Origin: Lama guanicoe
Taxonomy: Eukaryota
Length of the DNA: 64,000 nucleotides
Assembly: GCA_013239625.1 (NCBI GenBank)
Contig: MU054187.1
Span: forward strand, 248,001 to 312,000
Direction: 5' to 3'
Below the pieces are notes generated by a model. It saw only the letters and a program-made list of their open reading frames with translations, was not told the origin of the DNA and ran no database searches. The translations under genes and the position numbers were made by a program. Shown one piece after another: positions 23,815 to 38,477 of this stretch. Each line of letters opens with the position of its first letter. Positions within the stretch are counted from its first letter, which is position 1.

Positions 23815-25950
23815 TCAAATGATCTGCTTCTTCTTGATTCAGTTTTGGTGGACTGTATGTTTCTAGAAACTTGTCCACTTCTAAGTTGTTCAGTTTATTG
23901 CCGTATAGTTGTTCTTAGTATTCTCTTATCGCTTTTTGTATTTCTGTGGTGTTCATTGTAATCTCCATTTTTATTTCTTATTTTGTTTATTTGTATGCTC
24001 TTTTCTCTTCTTGGTGAGCCTGGCCAGAGGTTTGTCGATTTTGTTTACTCTCAAAAAAAAACAGGCTTTGGTTTGATTGATTTTTTTTCTATTTTTTTTA
24101 ATCTGTACTTTATTTATTTCTTCCCTGATCTTTATTATTTCTTTCCTTCAGCTGACTTTAGGTTTTGTTTGTTCTTCTTTTTCTAATTCTTTTAGGTGGT
24201 AGGTTAGGTTGTTAATATTTGAGATTCTTCTTCTTTTTTGAGGAAGGCCTGTATCGCTATGAACTTCGCTCTTAGGAATGCTTTGCTGCATCCTATAGAT
24301 TTTGTGTGGTTGTGTTTTCATAGTCATTCATCTCAAGGTATTTTTTAATTTCTTCTTTGGTTTCATCATTGACCCATTGGTTTTTTTAGTAGTATGTTGT
24401 TTAGTCTCCATGCTGTGGGCTTTTTTCTCATTTGTTTTTCTGTGGTTGATTTCTAGTTTCATGCCATTGTGGTCAGAGAAGATGCTTGGAATAATTTCTA
24501 TCCTCTTAAACTTGATAAGCTTCTTTTTGTGCCTGACTATGTAGTCTATCTTAGAGAATGTTCCATGATCACTTGAAAAGAATATATATTCTGTTTTGGG
24601 GGGCATGTGAGGTCCTAAAAATAACATCCAAGTCCAACTGTTCTATTTTGTCATTTAGTATCTCCGTTGCCTTATTGATCTTCTGTCTGGAACACCTGTC
24701 CAATGAGTTAGTGGGGTATTAAAGTCTCCTACTATTATTGTATCCCCATCAATTTCTCGCTTTATGTCTGTTAGTATTTGCTTTATATATTTAGTTGCTC
24801 CTGTACTGGGGAGTATATATGTTAATGAGTGTAATATCCTCATACTGTATTGCTCCTTTGATCATTACATAGTGTCTTTTATCTTTCATTATGGCCTTTA
24901 TTTTAAAGTCTATTTTGTATTACCTCAGTTTCTTTTTGGTTTTTGTGACTATTGTATGCTTTTGATATGTGGTTACCCTATTTTTCACATATGTTAACCC
25001 GTTACTATATCTGTTTGCTTTAGACTGGTAGTCATGTAAGCTTAAACACATCCTAAAAAGAAAAAAGGAAAAAAAAAAGAAAAATGAAAAAAAGGAGAGG
25101 AAAAAAAGTATATTTTCTGGCTCCTCTCTCCCACCTTTTATAATTTTGATGTCTTTTTTTTTTTTTACATCTTCACGTTTATTCTCTTGCAACTCATTGT
25201 AGTTGTCACATTTCCAAATATGGTTTTCTTGTTTCTATAGCTTCCTGCTTCTTTTCTATTTAGAGTAGACCTGTCAATATTTCTTTTAAGATGGGTTTAG
25301 TGTTGCTAAACTCTTTTAGTTTTTGCTTGTCTGTGAAGTTCTTTATCTCTCCTTCTACTCTAAAGGATAGTCTTCCCAGATAGAGTATCCTAGGTTGCAG
25401 CTTTTCCTCATTCAGGACTTCGAATATATCTTGCCACTCCCTTCTGGCCAGCAGTGCTTGTGTAGAGAAATCAGCTGAAAGCCTTACAGGGATTCCCTTG
25501 TAACTAAATCTTTGTTTTTCTCTTACTGCCTTTAGAATCCTTTCTTTATCTTTAACTTTGGCCATCTTAATTATAATATGTCTTGGTGTACATCTGTTTG
25601 AGTTCTTCTTGTTTGGGACTCCTATACTTGAATATCTGTTTCCTTCTTTAGGTTTGGAAAGTTTTCAGTCATGATTTCTTCAAATAACTTTTCAATCCCC
25701 CTTTGTCTTTCTTCTTCTGGGACCCCTATTGTGTATAGATTGGCATGCTTTATATTATCCCATAGGGCCCTTATATTGCTTTCATTGGTTTTCACTTGTT
25801 TTTCTGTATGCTGCTTTGATTAAGTCACATCTGTTATCCAGTATTCTGAATCACTTATTTGTTCCTCTGCATTGTCTAGTCTGCTTTTGACTGCCTTTAA
25901 CTTGGCTCTTATCTCAGCCATTGGGTTTTCTGTTTTTAATTAGCTTCTCT

Positions 25951-26619
25951 CTTTTTTAAATTTTACTGAGTTATAGTCAGTTTACAATGTTGTGTCAATT
26001 TCCAGTGATGAGCACAATTTTTCAGTTTTGTATGAACATACGTATATTCATTGTCACATTCTTTTTCACTGTGAGCTACCACCAGATCTTGTATATATTT
26101 CCTTGTTATACAGTATAATCTTGTTTATCTATTCTACATATGCGTGTCAGTATCTACAAATTTCGAACTCCCAGTCTGTCCCTTCCCACCTCTCTCCCCC
26201 CTGGCAACAAGTTTGTATTCTATGCCTGTGAGTCTTTCTGTTTTTTATTTTATTTTATTTTATTTTTTGATTGCACATATGAGTGATCTCATATGGTATT
26301 CTTCTTTCTCTTTCTGGCTTACTTCACTTAGGATGACATTCTCCAGGGACATCCATGTTACTGAAAATGGCATTATGTTGTTGTTTTTTTATGACTGAAT
26401 AGTATTCCATTGTATAAGTATACCACATCTGTATCCAGTCATCTGTTGATGGACATTTAGGCTGTTTCCATGTCTTGGCTATTGTAAATAGTGCTGCTAT
26501 GAACATTGGGGTGCAGGTGTCTTTTTGAAGTAGGGTTCCTTCTGGATATATGCCCAGGAGTGGGATTACTGGGTCATATGGTAAGTCTATTCCTAGTCTT
26601 TTGAGGAATCTCCATACTG
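25951..26619 (-). mobile_element. 5'-truncated younger L1 inserted in ORF1 of the host L1
   Basis: [23 protein letters not shown]2 end plus 3' UTR; TSD taattagcttctct (25937-25950) / taattggcttctct (26620-26633). Confidence 0.88.
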
Positions 26620-28429
26620 TAATTGGCTTCTCTTTATAGTTTCTAATTCCTTTTTATAGTATTCTCTGTCTCTATTCATAATCTCTTATTTCCCTCAGTG
26701 CTTTTATCACCCCCTTTTTGAGTTATGATCTAGTAGACTTTCGAGGTCTATCTCGTTCATTCTTTCAGGGGAATTCTCTTGTTCTTTTATTGGCAGTGGT
26801 TCTTCTGCTTCTTCATTTTACTTATATTTTTCTGTGGCTCTGTGGTATCAGTTATCTTCTGTGGCCTTGAAGGGCTTTTGTTTGTTTGTTTGTTTTCATT
26901 TAAAGTGGGAGCATTCCTGTGTAGACTGTGTGCATCTAATACTTTTGTTGTGATGGCTCTTCTTGATATAGATGATTGTCACGTTTTTCTTTCATGTGTG
27001 TTGGCTGTTATCCCTTTAATTGGGGGTGTGATTGGTGCTGTGGTGATCAGGGCCAGCCCTGGTTGTTGTTAAGTGGGGCCTCCTTTTTTGTTCTGTGGTT
27101 GTCACAGCCTTGACAGGGGCTAGGTCTGCTCCCCTGTTGCTGGAATAGAGGTTTCTAGACCTGTTTCTGAGCTGTGGTGTGTGGTAGGCAGGGTTGAAGT
27201 CCTTCGGCTGGGAAGAAGAGTTGTTGAGTATACCTCTGCAGGAGATGCCCACTGGGAAGTGCCCTCTGTGGTGTTGTCTGTCACGTGTTATGCAGGCTTA
27301 CAAAGTACTCTTTGTTGATGCTGCCTTTGTCCCCACCTTAGCTGTGGGAGTGTCGGCCACCCACTCTGGTGTCCCCCAGGTTCTGGGCCCTTGGAACCAC
27401 CAGTACAGATCTTCCAATGTCAGGTGCTACGACCCACCATAGCGAGCATGCAGTCACACTTCTGAATCCGTCATGTGCCACAGGATCAGCACAGACCCCA
27501 GCCCCGCTTCTGCATATGGAGTGATACTCTGGCCTGCTGTAAATACCGATACTATCCCCAACAGTGTACCCTGAACTCTGCTCACTGCCTGTTGGTCCCA
27601 AAGGCACAGGTTCACAAAGACACCAGTGGAGCAAATGCACCCTCTCTTCCTGGGGCTGTAAACAAATCTCAGTGCAGCCTGTGAAGCTGTAGGACCCCTG
27701 GGTATGGACTGGGCTTTCAGTCCCGCCTCTGCACGGCAGCAGTGGCTATGACTGAGCCCCACCTTTCTTCTCGTGAGAACATAACCAACAGTGGAGCCAA
27801 ATGGAGACAGGGGCTATGGTGAGGCTGTCTTGTGCCCCTCCCCCACCCCAAGCAGACCAGCAGTGGTGGTTTTTTATGGGGGTTCCAGGCTGTTCTGTTC
27901 CACACACACCCCCTGCCAGATCTCACACCGCCTTCCAGTCCCCTGAGGTTGCCTCTTTGCAGTGGGCCCCAGCCCTCTCCCTGGGCTGATCAGTGATCTC
28001 CAGCAGCCAGTTATGGCTTGTCCCTGCCGGCTCGCATCTAGGGCAGGGGATTGCAGGAGCCCTCCATGCAAGTTCCTCTTAGTTCTGTCTGCCAAGCAGC
28101 TACCACTCTCTCCTCTGAGCCTCAGAAGCTCAGCTTCTGTCCCCAGTGACCTCCTGACTTCAGAGGGGGCATCCTAGCATGAGGGTGCCTTTCTTCTTTT
28201 GCCACTTCCTCCCCATGGGACCAGTCCCATACCGATTTTCTTCTACTTTTTCTTTTTTTCTCTTACTGGATTTTGTGAGAATCCTCCTATATTTCAAAGC
28301 GAGAAACACTTGCCAGAGTTCAGTAGGTGTTCTGTGCAATTCAGTGGGTCTGTAGATGTAATTCTTGGTGTATTTGTGGGAGAGGGCAAGCTGTGAGTCT
28401 CTCTACTCTGCCATCTTGGCACCTCCCCC

Positions 28430-31400
28430 TATTTTTAGTTTTTTGAGGAACCTCCATACTGTTTAGCATTGTGACTGCACCAATTTGCAATCCTACCAAT
28501 TTACAGCCCCACAGTGTACTAGGATTTCCTTTCTCCACATCCTCGCCAACTTTTTTATTTGTAGATTTTTTGATAATAGCAATTTTGACAGGTGTGAAGT
28601 GTTACCATCTCATTGTGTTAAAATTTTTATATAATTTTTAAAGGTTACATTTATTACAAAATACTGGCTATATTCCCCACATTGTATAATGCATCCTTGA
28701 GGCTGTCTTACACCCAGTAGTTTGTACCTCCCACTCCTCCACCCCTTTATTGCCTTGCCTCTTCCTCACTGGTAACCACTATTCAAATATAAGTGATATC
28801 ATGCAGTGTTTATCTTTCTCTGTCTGACTTATTTCACTTAGCATAATGCCCTCCAAGACCATCCATGTTGCTGCAAATGGCAAAATTCCATTCTTTTTTT
28901 TACTACTGAGTAGTATTCCATTGTATAAATATGCCACATCTTCTTTATCCAGTCATCTGTTGGTGGATGCTTAGGTTGTTTCTATCTTAGCTATTGTAAA
29001 TAATGCTACTGTGAACACTGGGGTGTATGTATCTTTTTGAACTAGTGTTTTTTGTTTTGTTTTGTTTGTTTTCCAAATATATACCCAGGAGTGGAATCTT
29101 TGGATCATATGATGGTTCTATTTTTATTTTTTGAGAAACCTCTATACTGTTTTTAGAATGGCTGCACCAGTTTACATTTCTACCAACAGTGCACAAGGGT
29201 TCTCTTGTCCCCAAGTCCTTGCCACTTTTGTTATTTGTAGACTTTTTGATGATGGCCATTCTGATAGTTATGAGGTGATATCTCATTGTGATTTTGATTT
29301 GCATTTCTATGATGATTAGCAATTCTGAGCACTTTTTTCATATTCTTGTTAGCCATCTGTATATCTTCAGAAAAACGTCTGTTCGGGTCTTCTCTTTGGT
29401 AAAATATAATACAAGTAACTTTTTTATTGAAGTATAGTCGATTTACAATGTTGTGTTAATTTCTGGTGTACAGCATAGTGATTTACTTGTGTGTGTGTAT
29501 ACACACGTATATTCCTTTTCATATTCTTTATCATTATAGGCAATTACGGGGTACTGAATATAGTTCCCCGTGCTGTACAGTAAGTCCATGCTGTTCTCCT
29601 CATTTTTTAATTGTGTTGTTAGTTTTTTGGTTATCGAGTTGTGTGAGCTGTTTATAAATTTTGGATTGTAACATCCTACTGGATATATCATTTGCAAGTA
29701 TTTTCTTCCATTCAGGAGGTTGTCTTTTCATTTTGTCAGTGGTTTCCTTTGTTGTGCAAAAACTTTTTAAGTTCAACTAGGTTCCATTTGTTTATTTTTG
29801 CTTCTGTTTATTTTGCCTTAGGAGACATATCCACAAAAGTATTGTTTCATGCCAGAGTTTTCTGTCTATATTCTCTTTTAGGAGTTTTATGGTTTCAGGT
29901 ATTACATTTAGGTCCTTAATCCATCTTGAGGTTGGTTGGTTGGTTTTTTGTACATGGTGTGAAGTAATGTTCTAATTTCATTCTTTTACACGTAGCGGTC
30001 CAGTTTTCCCAGCACCAGCACCACTTATTGAAGAGACTGTCTTTTCTCCATTGTTTATCCTTACCTACTTTGTCATAGATTCCTTGATCATAAGTGTGTT
30101 GTTTATGAACTCTTTATCTTGTTTCATTGATTAGTGTGTCTGTTTTTGCACCAGTACTATGCTGTTTTTGATTCTTATAGCTTTGTAGTATAGTCTGAAG
30201 TCTGGGCATGTGATACCTCCAGCTTTATTCTTTTTGCTCATTATTGCTTTGGCAATTCAGGGTCTTTTGTGATTCTGTATACACTTCAGAGTTATTTGTT
30301 CTATTACTGTGAAAACTGTCATGGACATTTTGATAATGATTGCATTAAATTTGTAGATTACTTTGGGTAGTATGGCTATGTTAACAATGCTATTTCTTCC
30401 AACCCAAGAACATGAAGTATATGGGGAAGCAAGGTATAGCTTAGTGGTAGAGTGCATGCTTGGCATGCATGGCATCCTGTGTTCAATCCCCAGTACCTCC
30501 TCTGGAATGAATGAATGAATAAATAAACCAAATTACCTCCCCCCACCAAATAAATAAATTAAAAGGACATGCATTTTTTTAAAAAACTTTAAAAAAATAA
30601 CATGGGGTGTCTTTCCATTTCTTTGTATCATTTTCAACTTCCTTCATCAATGTTTAATAGTTTTTAGAGGAGTATAGTTCTTTCATGTCCTTGGTTAAGT
30701 TTATTCCTAGTTATTTTATTCTTTTTGATGTGATTGTAAATGGGATTGTTTCCTTAATTTCTTGTTCTGATTTGTTCATTATCAGTGTATAGAAAAGCAC
30801 CAGATAACTGTGTAGTAATCATCTATCCCACAACTTTGCTGAGCTCATTGATTAGTGCTAATAGTGTTTAGGTGGAGACTTTAGGGTTTTCTGTATAAAG
30901 TGTCGTGTCATCTCTAAATAGTGGCAGTTTTGCTTCTTCCTTTCCAACTTGGATGCCTTTTCTTCCTTTTTCTTGTCTGACTGCTGTGACTAGGCTCCCA
31001 GTACTATGTTGAATAGAAGTGAGAGTGGGCGCCCTTGTCATCTTCCTGATTTTAGAGTAAAGGCTTTCAGCATGATGTAATTTCTGTCTTAAATTTATTG
31101 AGACTTGCTTTGTGGCTAGCTACCCTAAAGAATATTCCATGTGCTCTTGAAAAGAATGTGTATTCTGCTGTTTTTGGAGGAATGTCTTGTAGATACCCAT
31201 TAAGTCCAACTGGTCGGTTGTCATTAAAAACCAACGTTGCCTTTACTGACTTTTCTGTCTGAATGATCTGTCCATTGATATAAGTAGGGTGTTAAAATCC
31301 CCCCTCATTGTTTTATCAGTGTCTCCATTTATGTCTTAGTGTTTGCTTTATAAAATTAGGTGTGTTTATATTGGGTGTGTACTTGTTACTGGGTGTAATA

Positions 31401-34131
31401 CCTTGTATTGTCTCCTTTATATAATGGCATCCTTTGCCTTTTGTTGTAGCTTTTTTGAAGTCTATTCTGTCTGTGAGTATTGCTACCCGAACTTTCTTGT
31501 CATTTCCATTTGCATGAATTATCTTTTTCCATACCTTCACTTTCAGTCTGGATGTGTTTTTAGCTCTGAAGTGCATCTTTTGTAAGGGGTATATAGTTCG
31601 GTCTTGTTTTTCATCCAGCCACTCTTTGTCTTTCGATTGCAGCGTTTAGTTCATTGACATTTAATTACTGCTGGTTATGTATTTATTGCTATTTTATTAC
31701 ATGTGTTCTGGTGGTTGTTGTAGTTCTACCCTGTTTTTTCTTCCTTTTAGTTTCTTCCCTCATAGTTTGATTTTTGTTTTGTTTTGTTTTGTTTTGAGTG
31801 GTATGGTTGTGTTCCTTTCCCTCTTGTTTTTGTGTATCTATTGTAGATTTTTTATTTGTAGTAACCGTGGGCTTCCTGTATGTTGACCTATATCTACTTA
31901 TTTTTAAACTGGTAGTCCTTTAAATTCAAACACATTCTAAAGATCTACATTTTTTACTTTCTTCCCCCACACTGTGTTTTGATGTCATTATTTTATCTTC
32001 ATTTTTATTCTTTTACTGATTATTGTAGTTATACTTGATTTTACAAGTTTTGTCTTTTAATCTTCATACCAGCTTATTTAAGTGGTTGATCCTCAGCCTT
32101 TAATATATGTCTTTACTAGTGGGATTTTTCCTTTCTTTAGATACTCTTGTTATAGTCTTTTCTTTCCCACTTAGAGACCCTTTTTTTGTGAGATCAGTTT
32201 AGTATTGCTGAACTAGTTTTTGCTTCTCTGAGTTCTCTCTCCAATTCTAAATGATAATCTTGCTGGGTAGACTATCCTAGGGTGCAGGTTTTCCCCTTTC
32301 AGTACTTTAAATATATCATCATGCCACTCCCTTCTGCAAAGTTCCTGGAGGAAAACCAGCCAATATGGGGATGGGGATGGGGGGTGTGGGGGGGTCTTTT
32401 TCTCTTGCTGCCTTTAGAATTCTCTTTAACTTAGTCTTGGTATAGAGTCTGTTTGTGTTCAGATTATTTGAGACCCTCTGTGTTTCTTGTACCAGGATAT
32501 GTTTCTTTCTTTAGGCTTGGGAAGTTTTCAGCCATGATTTTATTAGGCACGTTTTCGAACCCTCTCCCCTCTTTCTCCTCCTTCTGAGACCACCCCCCAT
32601 AATGTGAATGTTGGTATGCTTGATGTTACCCCAAATATTCCTTAAACTGTTTTTTCTCTTTGCTGTTCTGATTGGGTGATTTCAGTGATTCTGCCTTCCA
32701 CATCACTTACACATCTTCTCTGTCAATCACCTAGTCTGGTATTCATTCTTTCCAATGTGTTTTTTCATTTTAGTTAATTGAATTATTCGTTTCTGCTTGG
32801 GTCTCTTTTATAATTTTCTTGTTCTTTCTTAAAATTCTCACTGTGTTCACCTATTCTTTTCCCTAATCTATTAGCATTCTTAGTGCTAATGCTTTGGGTT
32901 CTTTATCTAGTAAATTGTTTCATTAATTGCTTTTTACAGGGGTTTTCTCTTGCTCTTTGAACTGAGACAAATTCCCCCATCTTCTCATTTTGCTCATCTT
33001 TCTCTGTCTCTGTGAAATTTGGTGCAACAGTTACCTATCCTGGTCTTGAAGAGGTGTCCTTGTGTGGGAGTGTCCCTGCACAGTCTGTGTGCTCAGTGGC
33101 ATTGATGGAAAAGCTGGATTTGATGTGAACACAATTCACATCTTCCCTCAAGGTGTGCTGGCAGCTATCACCTTGGTCTGTGGCAGGGCTTGAGACGGCA
33201 GGGCTAGGGCTGGGGCCAGGTGTGAGGCGGGGCTTCCCCTCTGCTCAGTGGCCATCACGCCCTGTCAGAGGCAGGCTCAGGCCCCAAGTTGTAGCAGAAT
33301 CCCTGAAACTCAGGCCCAAGATCTCTCAGTTCCCTTTAAGGGTGTGCTTTCCCTTCTCCCAGCACTGGCTACCGCAGCCCCAGAGGGGACCAGTGCTGGT
33401 GTGGGTATTTGGTGAGGGTCAGGGCATTGGTGTGGCAGTCTGGCTGCCGTCAGAGGCCCAGTCTGCCTCTGAGGCACTGCCTGTGCATCACCAGCCGTGG
33501 CTGTCCTGCTCCCTGCTCAGATGCCACCTAGGGCTTAAGCCACCACAGTTTCTCATGGCCAAGCTTCTCCTTGGTCATGGCACCTCTCTATTGTGGAGCT
33601 GTGATGCAAACAAACTGCTAGAACATCAACTTGGCCCAGGCTGGGGTGCACGTGGAGTTGGCTATAGGAAACCAGTCAGCTGGCAGCGTGGTTTCAGTTT
33701 GCTTTTCTGCCCACGCTGGGACCCAGCAAGTGTTCACACATGCCTCACCAGCAGAGTCCAGGCATCCCACAGCCCTCCTGCTAGTCCCGCTGGCCATCCA
33801 ACCAGCCAAGGGGGCGCGTCCATGTGTCAGACCCCAAGGCTGGGAGGGTTCCAATATGTGGCTACAGAGGTGCACTCCCCAGGGGGCATGTCTGCCTGAG
33901 TCATCTCCCTTTTCTTCTGAGTCCCTCCCAGGGGCACGGGTGCCAACCTGATCACTTCTCTTACCTTCCTACCTGAGTCCATGTGGCTCTTTCTAGAGGC
34001 CTTGGTTGTACAGGAGTCTTTCTGCCACCTCCAGTTTGTTTTCAGTGATAATTTCTCCGTATGTAGGTATATTTTTGATGTGTTCATGGGGGGAGGTCAG
34101 TTCTGTGTCCTCCTATTCCACCATCTTGATT
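28430..34131 (-). mobile_element. L1 stack: ORF2 3' fragment (28430-28615) plus an internally deleted long L1 (about 28620-34131) with a nested 3'-end piece (about 29420-29600)
   Basis: ORF2 remnants ([43 protein letters not shown]); deletion junction near 31075; 5' end ATCAAGATGGTGGAATAGGAG near 34131. Confidence 0.85.
30423..30600 (+). mobile_element. tRNA-derived SINE (Vic-1-like) inside L1
   Basis: ggtatagcttagtggtagagtgcatgcttggcatgcat...gttcaatccccagtacctcc plus the aattacctcccc tail. Confidence 0.88.
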
Positions 34132-34134
34132 TGA

Positions 34135-37100
34135 GTCATTGCTATCAGCTTAAAATTTACTGTTCTATCTACGAGATGTTTTATGTAAGTCCTATGGTAA
34201 CCACAAAGGGCAAAGGGAAAACAGAACATATCACCTCAGAAAGTAACAAATTTACAAAGGCAGCAAGAAACAGAGGGAAAGAAACAATGGAAAAACAAAA
34301 CAATCAGAAAGCAAATAGTAAGATGGCAGCAGTAGTTAAGTCCTTACCTATCAACAAATACTCCAAATGCAAATAGGCTGAGAGGCACAGAGCAAGTAGC
34401 TACAGTGTAAAAGACCCAACTACATGCTGCCTACGAGAGACCCACCCGAACCTTCAGGACGCATGTACACGCAAAGTGAAGGGATAGGAAAAGGTATCCC
34501 ATGCAAATGGAAACAGCAGCCGGCGGGGCAGGATACGTCTGTCAGACAAAATACACTTAAAGACGCACATGGTAACAAGAGACAAAGGAGGTCGCTATCA
34601 ACGATACAAAGATCAGTCAGTCAAGTAGAGGTAACAATCATTATAGAGCATATATGCACCCAACCTGGGAGCACCTGAATGTATTAAGCAAATACTAATA
34701 GAAATGAAGGGGAAATAGGCAACTATACACTACACTAATTGTGGGGAACTTCAATACTATACTTTCAACAAAGGGTGGATGACCCAGAAAGGAAATCAAC
34801 AAGGAAATAATGGACTTGAACCAAACAATAAACCAAATTGACCTAACAGATAACTACAGAACATTCCATCCGCCAGCAGCAGGACACACTTTCTCACAGC
34901 ACATGATACCCTCACAAGGTCAGATCATGTGACCAGGCACAAAGTAAGTCTCAGTAAATCTGAAAGACTGAAATATTAAGTATCTTTTCTGACCACAGTG
35001 GTATGAAACTAGAAATCAACAACGTGGAGAAAGCTGAAAAATCTACAGATAAGTAGAAACTAAACAACAAGCAACCTATTGATTGTTCAGGAGTGTATTA
35101 AGTCAAAAAAAAAAAACAGAAGAAGAAATCAAAGGATATCTGCAAACAAATGAAAATGGAAACACAACATACCCAAACCTCTGGGACACTGCAAAAGCAG
35201 TTTGATGAGGGAAGTTTAATTATAATTGCATATATTCATAAATTTTAGGATCACAAACAAATAACTTTATGCCTTAACTAGAAAAAGAAAAAAAGTAAGC
35301 CTAAAGTTAGCAGAAGGAAGGAAATAATAAAGCTCACAGCCAAAATAAATGAAACACAGACCAATAAAATGATAGAAAAGATCAATAAAAATAAGGGCTG
35401 ATTTTCAAAAAAATAAAATTGACAAACCCTTAGCGAGACTAAGCCAAAAGGGGAGAAGACTCAAAATCAGAAATGTAAGTAAGACAAGGAATTCCAATGG
35501 ACACTAAAGAAATACACTGGATTATAGATGCTGCCAGAAACAAGCATAAATCAACAAAGTGGACAACCTGGAAGAAACAGGTAAGTACACTAAGACTGCA
35601 CCAGAAACAGGAAGTCTGAGCAGACCAGTAAGGAGTGAGGAGACTGGATCAGTAGTCAGCCTCCCGACACAGGAGACACCAGACGGCTTCACTGGAGAAC
35701 CTGACCAAACCGTTAAAAAAGAATTAACACCAAACCTCCTTAAAAGCTTCCAAAAAACTGAAAGGGAGGGAGCACTTCTAAACTCATTCTACGAGGCCAG
35801 TGTTACCCTGATACCAAAGCCAGACAAGGACACCACAAGAGAAGTCTAGGCCCATATCCCTGATGAACATGGATGCAAAATTCCTCAAGACGGTTTTAGC
35901 CAACAAAACGTTAAGAATTCATCAAAAGGATTATAAACCATGATCAAGTGGGATTTTTCCCTCAGATGCAGGGATGGTTCAACATACATAAATCAATAAA
36001 TATGACTCACCATTAAACAGAATGAAAGATGAAAGTCACATGATCATCTCAATAGATGTAGACAAAGCCCTTGAAAAAACACAGTATGTTTTTATAATAA
36101 TAAAAACCTGCAGCAGATTGGTTATAGAAGGAAAATACCTCAACATAATAAAAGCTGTATGTAACAAACCCACAGCTAACATTATGCTCAATGGGAAAAA
36201 AAATTAAAGCTTTTACTCTAAAGATCAGGAACAAGACAAGGGTATCCACTGCCCCAAAGCATCCAGCCCAGCACTGGAGGTCCTAGTGAGAGTAACTGAG
36301 CAGGAGAACAGGCGTCCAAACCTGATAGGAAAAGGTAAAATCACCACTGCTTTCAGGTGATGTAAGTTACATGTTAAAAACGCCAAAGACTCAAAACTGG
36401 TGGCTTTAAAAAAATCGATGAATTCAGTAAATTTGCAGGATACAAAAACAAGCCTCACTTCTGTACACTGAGAAACATCTGCAAAGGAAATAAAACTATC
36501 CTGTTCACAACAGCATCAAAACCAGTGAAATGCCTGGAATACAAGGATAAACTTAAGCAAGGAAGCAGAAGATCTGGAGTGAAAATCGTCAAGACTTCGC
36601 TGAAAGAGAACTCAAGAAGACACATGTGGAGGGGCACCAGGAGAGCTGCTGTTGTTAAAGTCTTCATGTGACCCAAAGCCAGTGCGACCTCTCTACAAAT
36701 CCCAATGGCATTTTTCACACAAACAGGAACAAAAGATCCTAAATCTTGTATGGAACCAGGAAAGACCCTGAAGAGCCAAAGCAGTCACGAGAGAGGGAAA
36801 CCGAACAAGAGGTATCACACGCCCTAGTTTCAAACTATAGTGGAAGCAACAGCAATTAAACCAGTAGGGAACCAGCATAAACCAGACACACAGACCGAGG
36901 GAACAGAGAGACCCCAGAATTACCCACCACGCACACGGTCCACGAGTGTCTGACACAGGAGCCAAGAACATCTAGTAGGAAGGGATAATCTTTTCAACAA
37001 AAAAGTTAGAAGTTAACACATGCAGAAAAATGGAATCAGACACCTGTCTTATATCACTGAAAAAAATAACTTGAAACAGATTGGTTACTCGAACATTAAG

Positions 37101-38320
37101 ACCCAAAACCATAAAACTCCTAGGGGAAAACACAGGCAGTAAGCTCCTTGACATGTGTCTCGGTGATGACTTTTCGGATTTCACAACAAAAGCAAAAATA
37201 CACAAGTGCTACTACATCAAACCAAAAAGCTTCTGCACAGCAAAGGAAGCCATCAACACAACGAAGCGGCAGCTACCAAGTGGGAGGAAGCATCTGCACA
37301 CTGTGTATTTGCAGGGGATAAGATCCAAAAGAAGTACAAGACTCATACAATTTAATAGCAAAAGAACAAACAACACGATTAAAGAATGGACAGAGGATCC
37401 AAACTGAGACTTTCCCAAAGAACACGTGCAGGTGCCATCAGGTTCTGATCAGGGGATGCAAATCTACACACACGAGACACCACTTCACACCTGTCAGAAT
37501 GGCTGTCATTGAAAAGACAATACAGAAAGTGGCGGCAAGAATGTGGAGACGAGGAATCACTGTTGGTGGGGATGTAACTTGGTGCAGCCAGTGGGAAACT
37601 TACTTCCTCAAATAATCACAGACATAACTGTCGTACGGTCTAGCAGTTCCGCTCCTGCGTTTTTACTCAAAGCAATAAAACCCTAAGCGGAAAAGCTGTA
37701 CATACCCGTGCGCATCGCAGCACCATTAACAGCTAGTACGTGGATCGCCAGCCACGGGGTGGTGGACGGAGGAAGGCGGTCAGGTTTCCTTGCTCTCCAG
37801 AAGTCTGCGTTCCACCCCTGCACTTTCACTGACGGCCTACATTAGCACACTAACTGCTTTTCTCAGAAAAGTGGAACTCCTCTGGATTTCTCGTGGTTGG
37901 TGAAAACAGGTCCTAAGGGAGGACTTGTAAAAATGAAGTGGCATGACTTGAACTTCGGAAAAGTGGGGAATACACTTTGCTTTATACCAGGAATGCTCTA
38001 CTTTGGGAAGCAGAGGAAACTGTATGTATATCGGAATGTTATGCATTCATAAAAAAGGAAACCTTGCCGTTTGTGACAACATGGATGGGCCGTAGGGGCA
38101 TTATGCTCAGTGAAATACGTCAGAGAAAGACAGACAGGGCGTGACTTCACTTATGTGTGGAATCTGAAGAAAACAAGACAAACTCACAGTTAGAACACAG
38201 AAGATCTGTGGTTGTCAGAGGCTGGGGCTGAGGGTGGGCAAAACTGGTGAAGAGTCGGGAGGTGCACGCTTCCAGGTGTAAAGCAGGTCCTCAGGATGTA
38301 ACGTCCATCACGACAAATAC
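34135..38320 (+). mobile_element. Degraded L1: inter-ORF region, ORF2 and 3' end
   Basis: EN, Z and RT remnants (PDGFTGE; NSFYEASVTLIPKPDKD; HMIISIDVDKA; KPTANIMLNG; KTIKLLGEN; KSFCTAKE), with many stops and frameshifts. Confidence 0.9.
37781..37976. mobile_element. Small TcMar-type MITE inside the L1 3' end
   Basis: Interrupts the L1 3' sequence; the ends form a degenerate inverted repeat (caggtttcc...gaagt / acttcggaaaagtggggaatacact). Family not identified. Confidence 0.45.
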
Positions 38321-38477
38321 ACCTAAAACAAGGTTCTGTCTGACCAGTCGATGGAAAGGTGGCCAGAGGCTCAGAGGAACCCGGCGCTTCCCCTGGAGCA
38401 GTGGTCCAGTGTTCACTAACTCAGTGTTTAAGCTGACTCTACAGAACATCACTAATGTGAGTAACACGAACCTGCTG

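Larger units (their letters stand above)
23130..28429 (-). mobile_element. L1 with 5' UTR, ORF1, endonuclease and ORF2 C-terminus; large internal ORF2 deletion near 23480
   Basis: 5' end GGGGGAGGTGCCAAGATGGC (YY1 motif) at about 28429; ORF1 (KDKERILKAVREKQ...RLSADFS); EN (IIVGDFNTPL; FSKIDYI; FSDHNGMKLEIN); C-terminus (HCWWEC...[14 protein letters not shown]). Confidence 0.9.

Noticed and set aside
33153..33899. 248-aa ORF antisense to an L1 5' UTR (ORF0-like idea)
   Set aside because: GTG start in GC-rich degraded UTR; no recognisable similarity.
34322..37700. Possible functional L1 ORF2
   Set aside because: Multiple stops, frameshifts and deletions.
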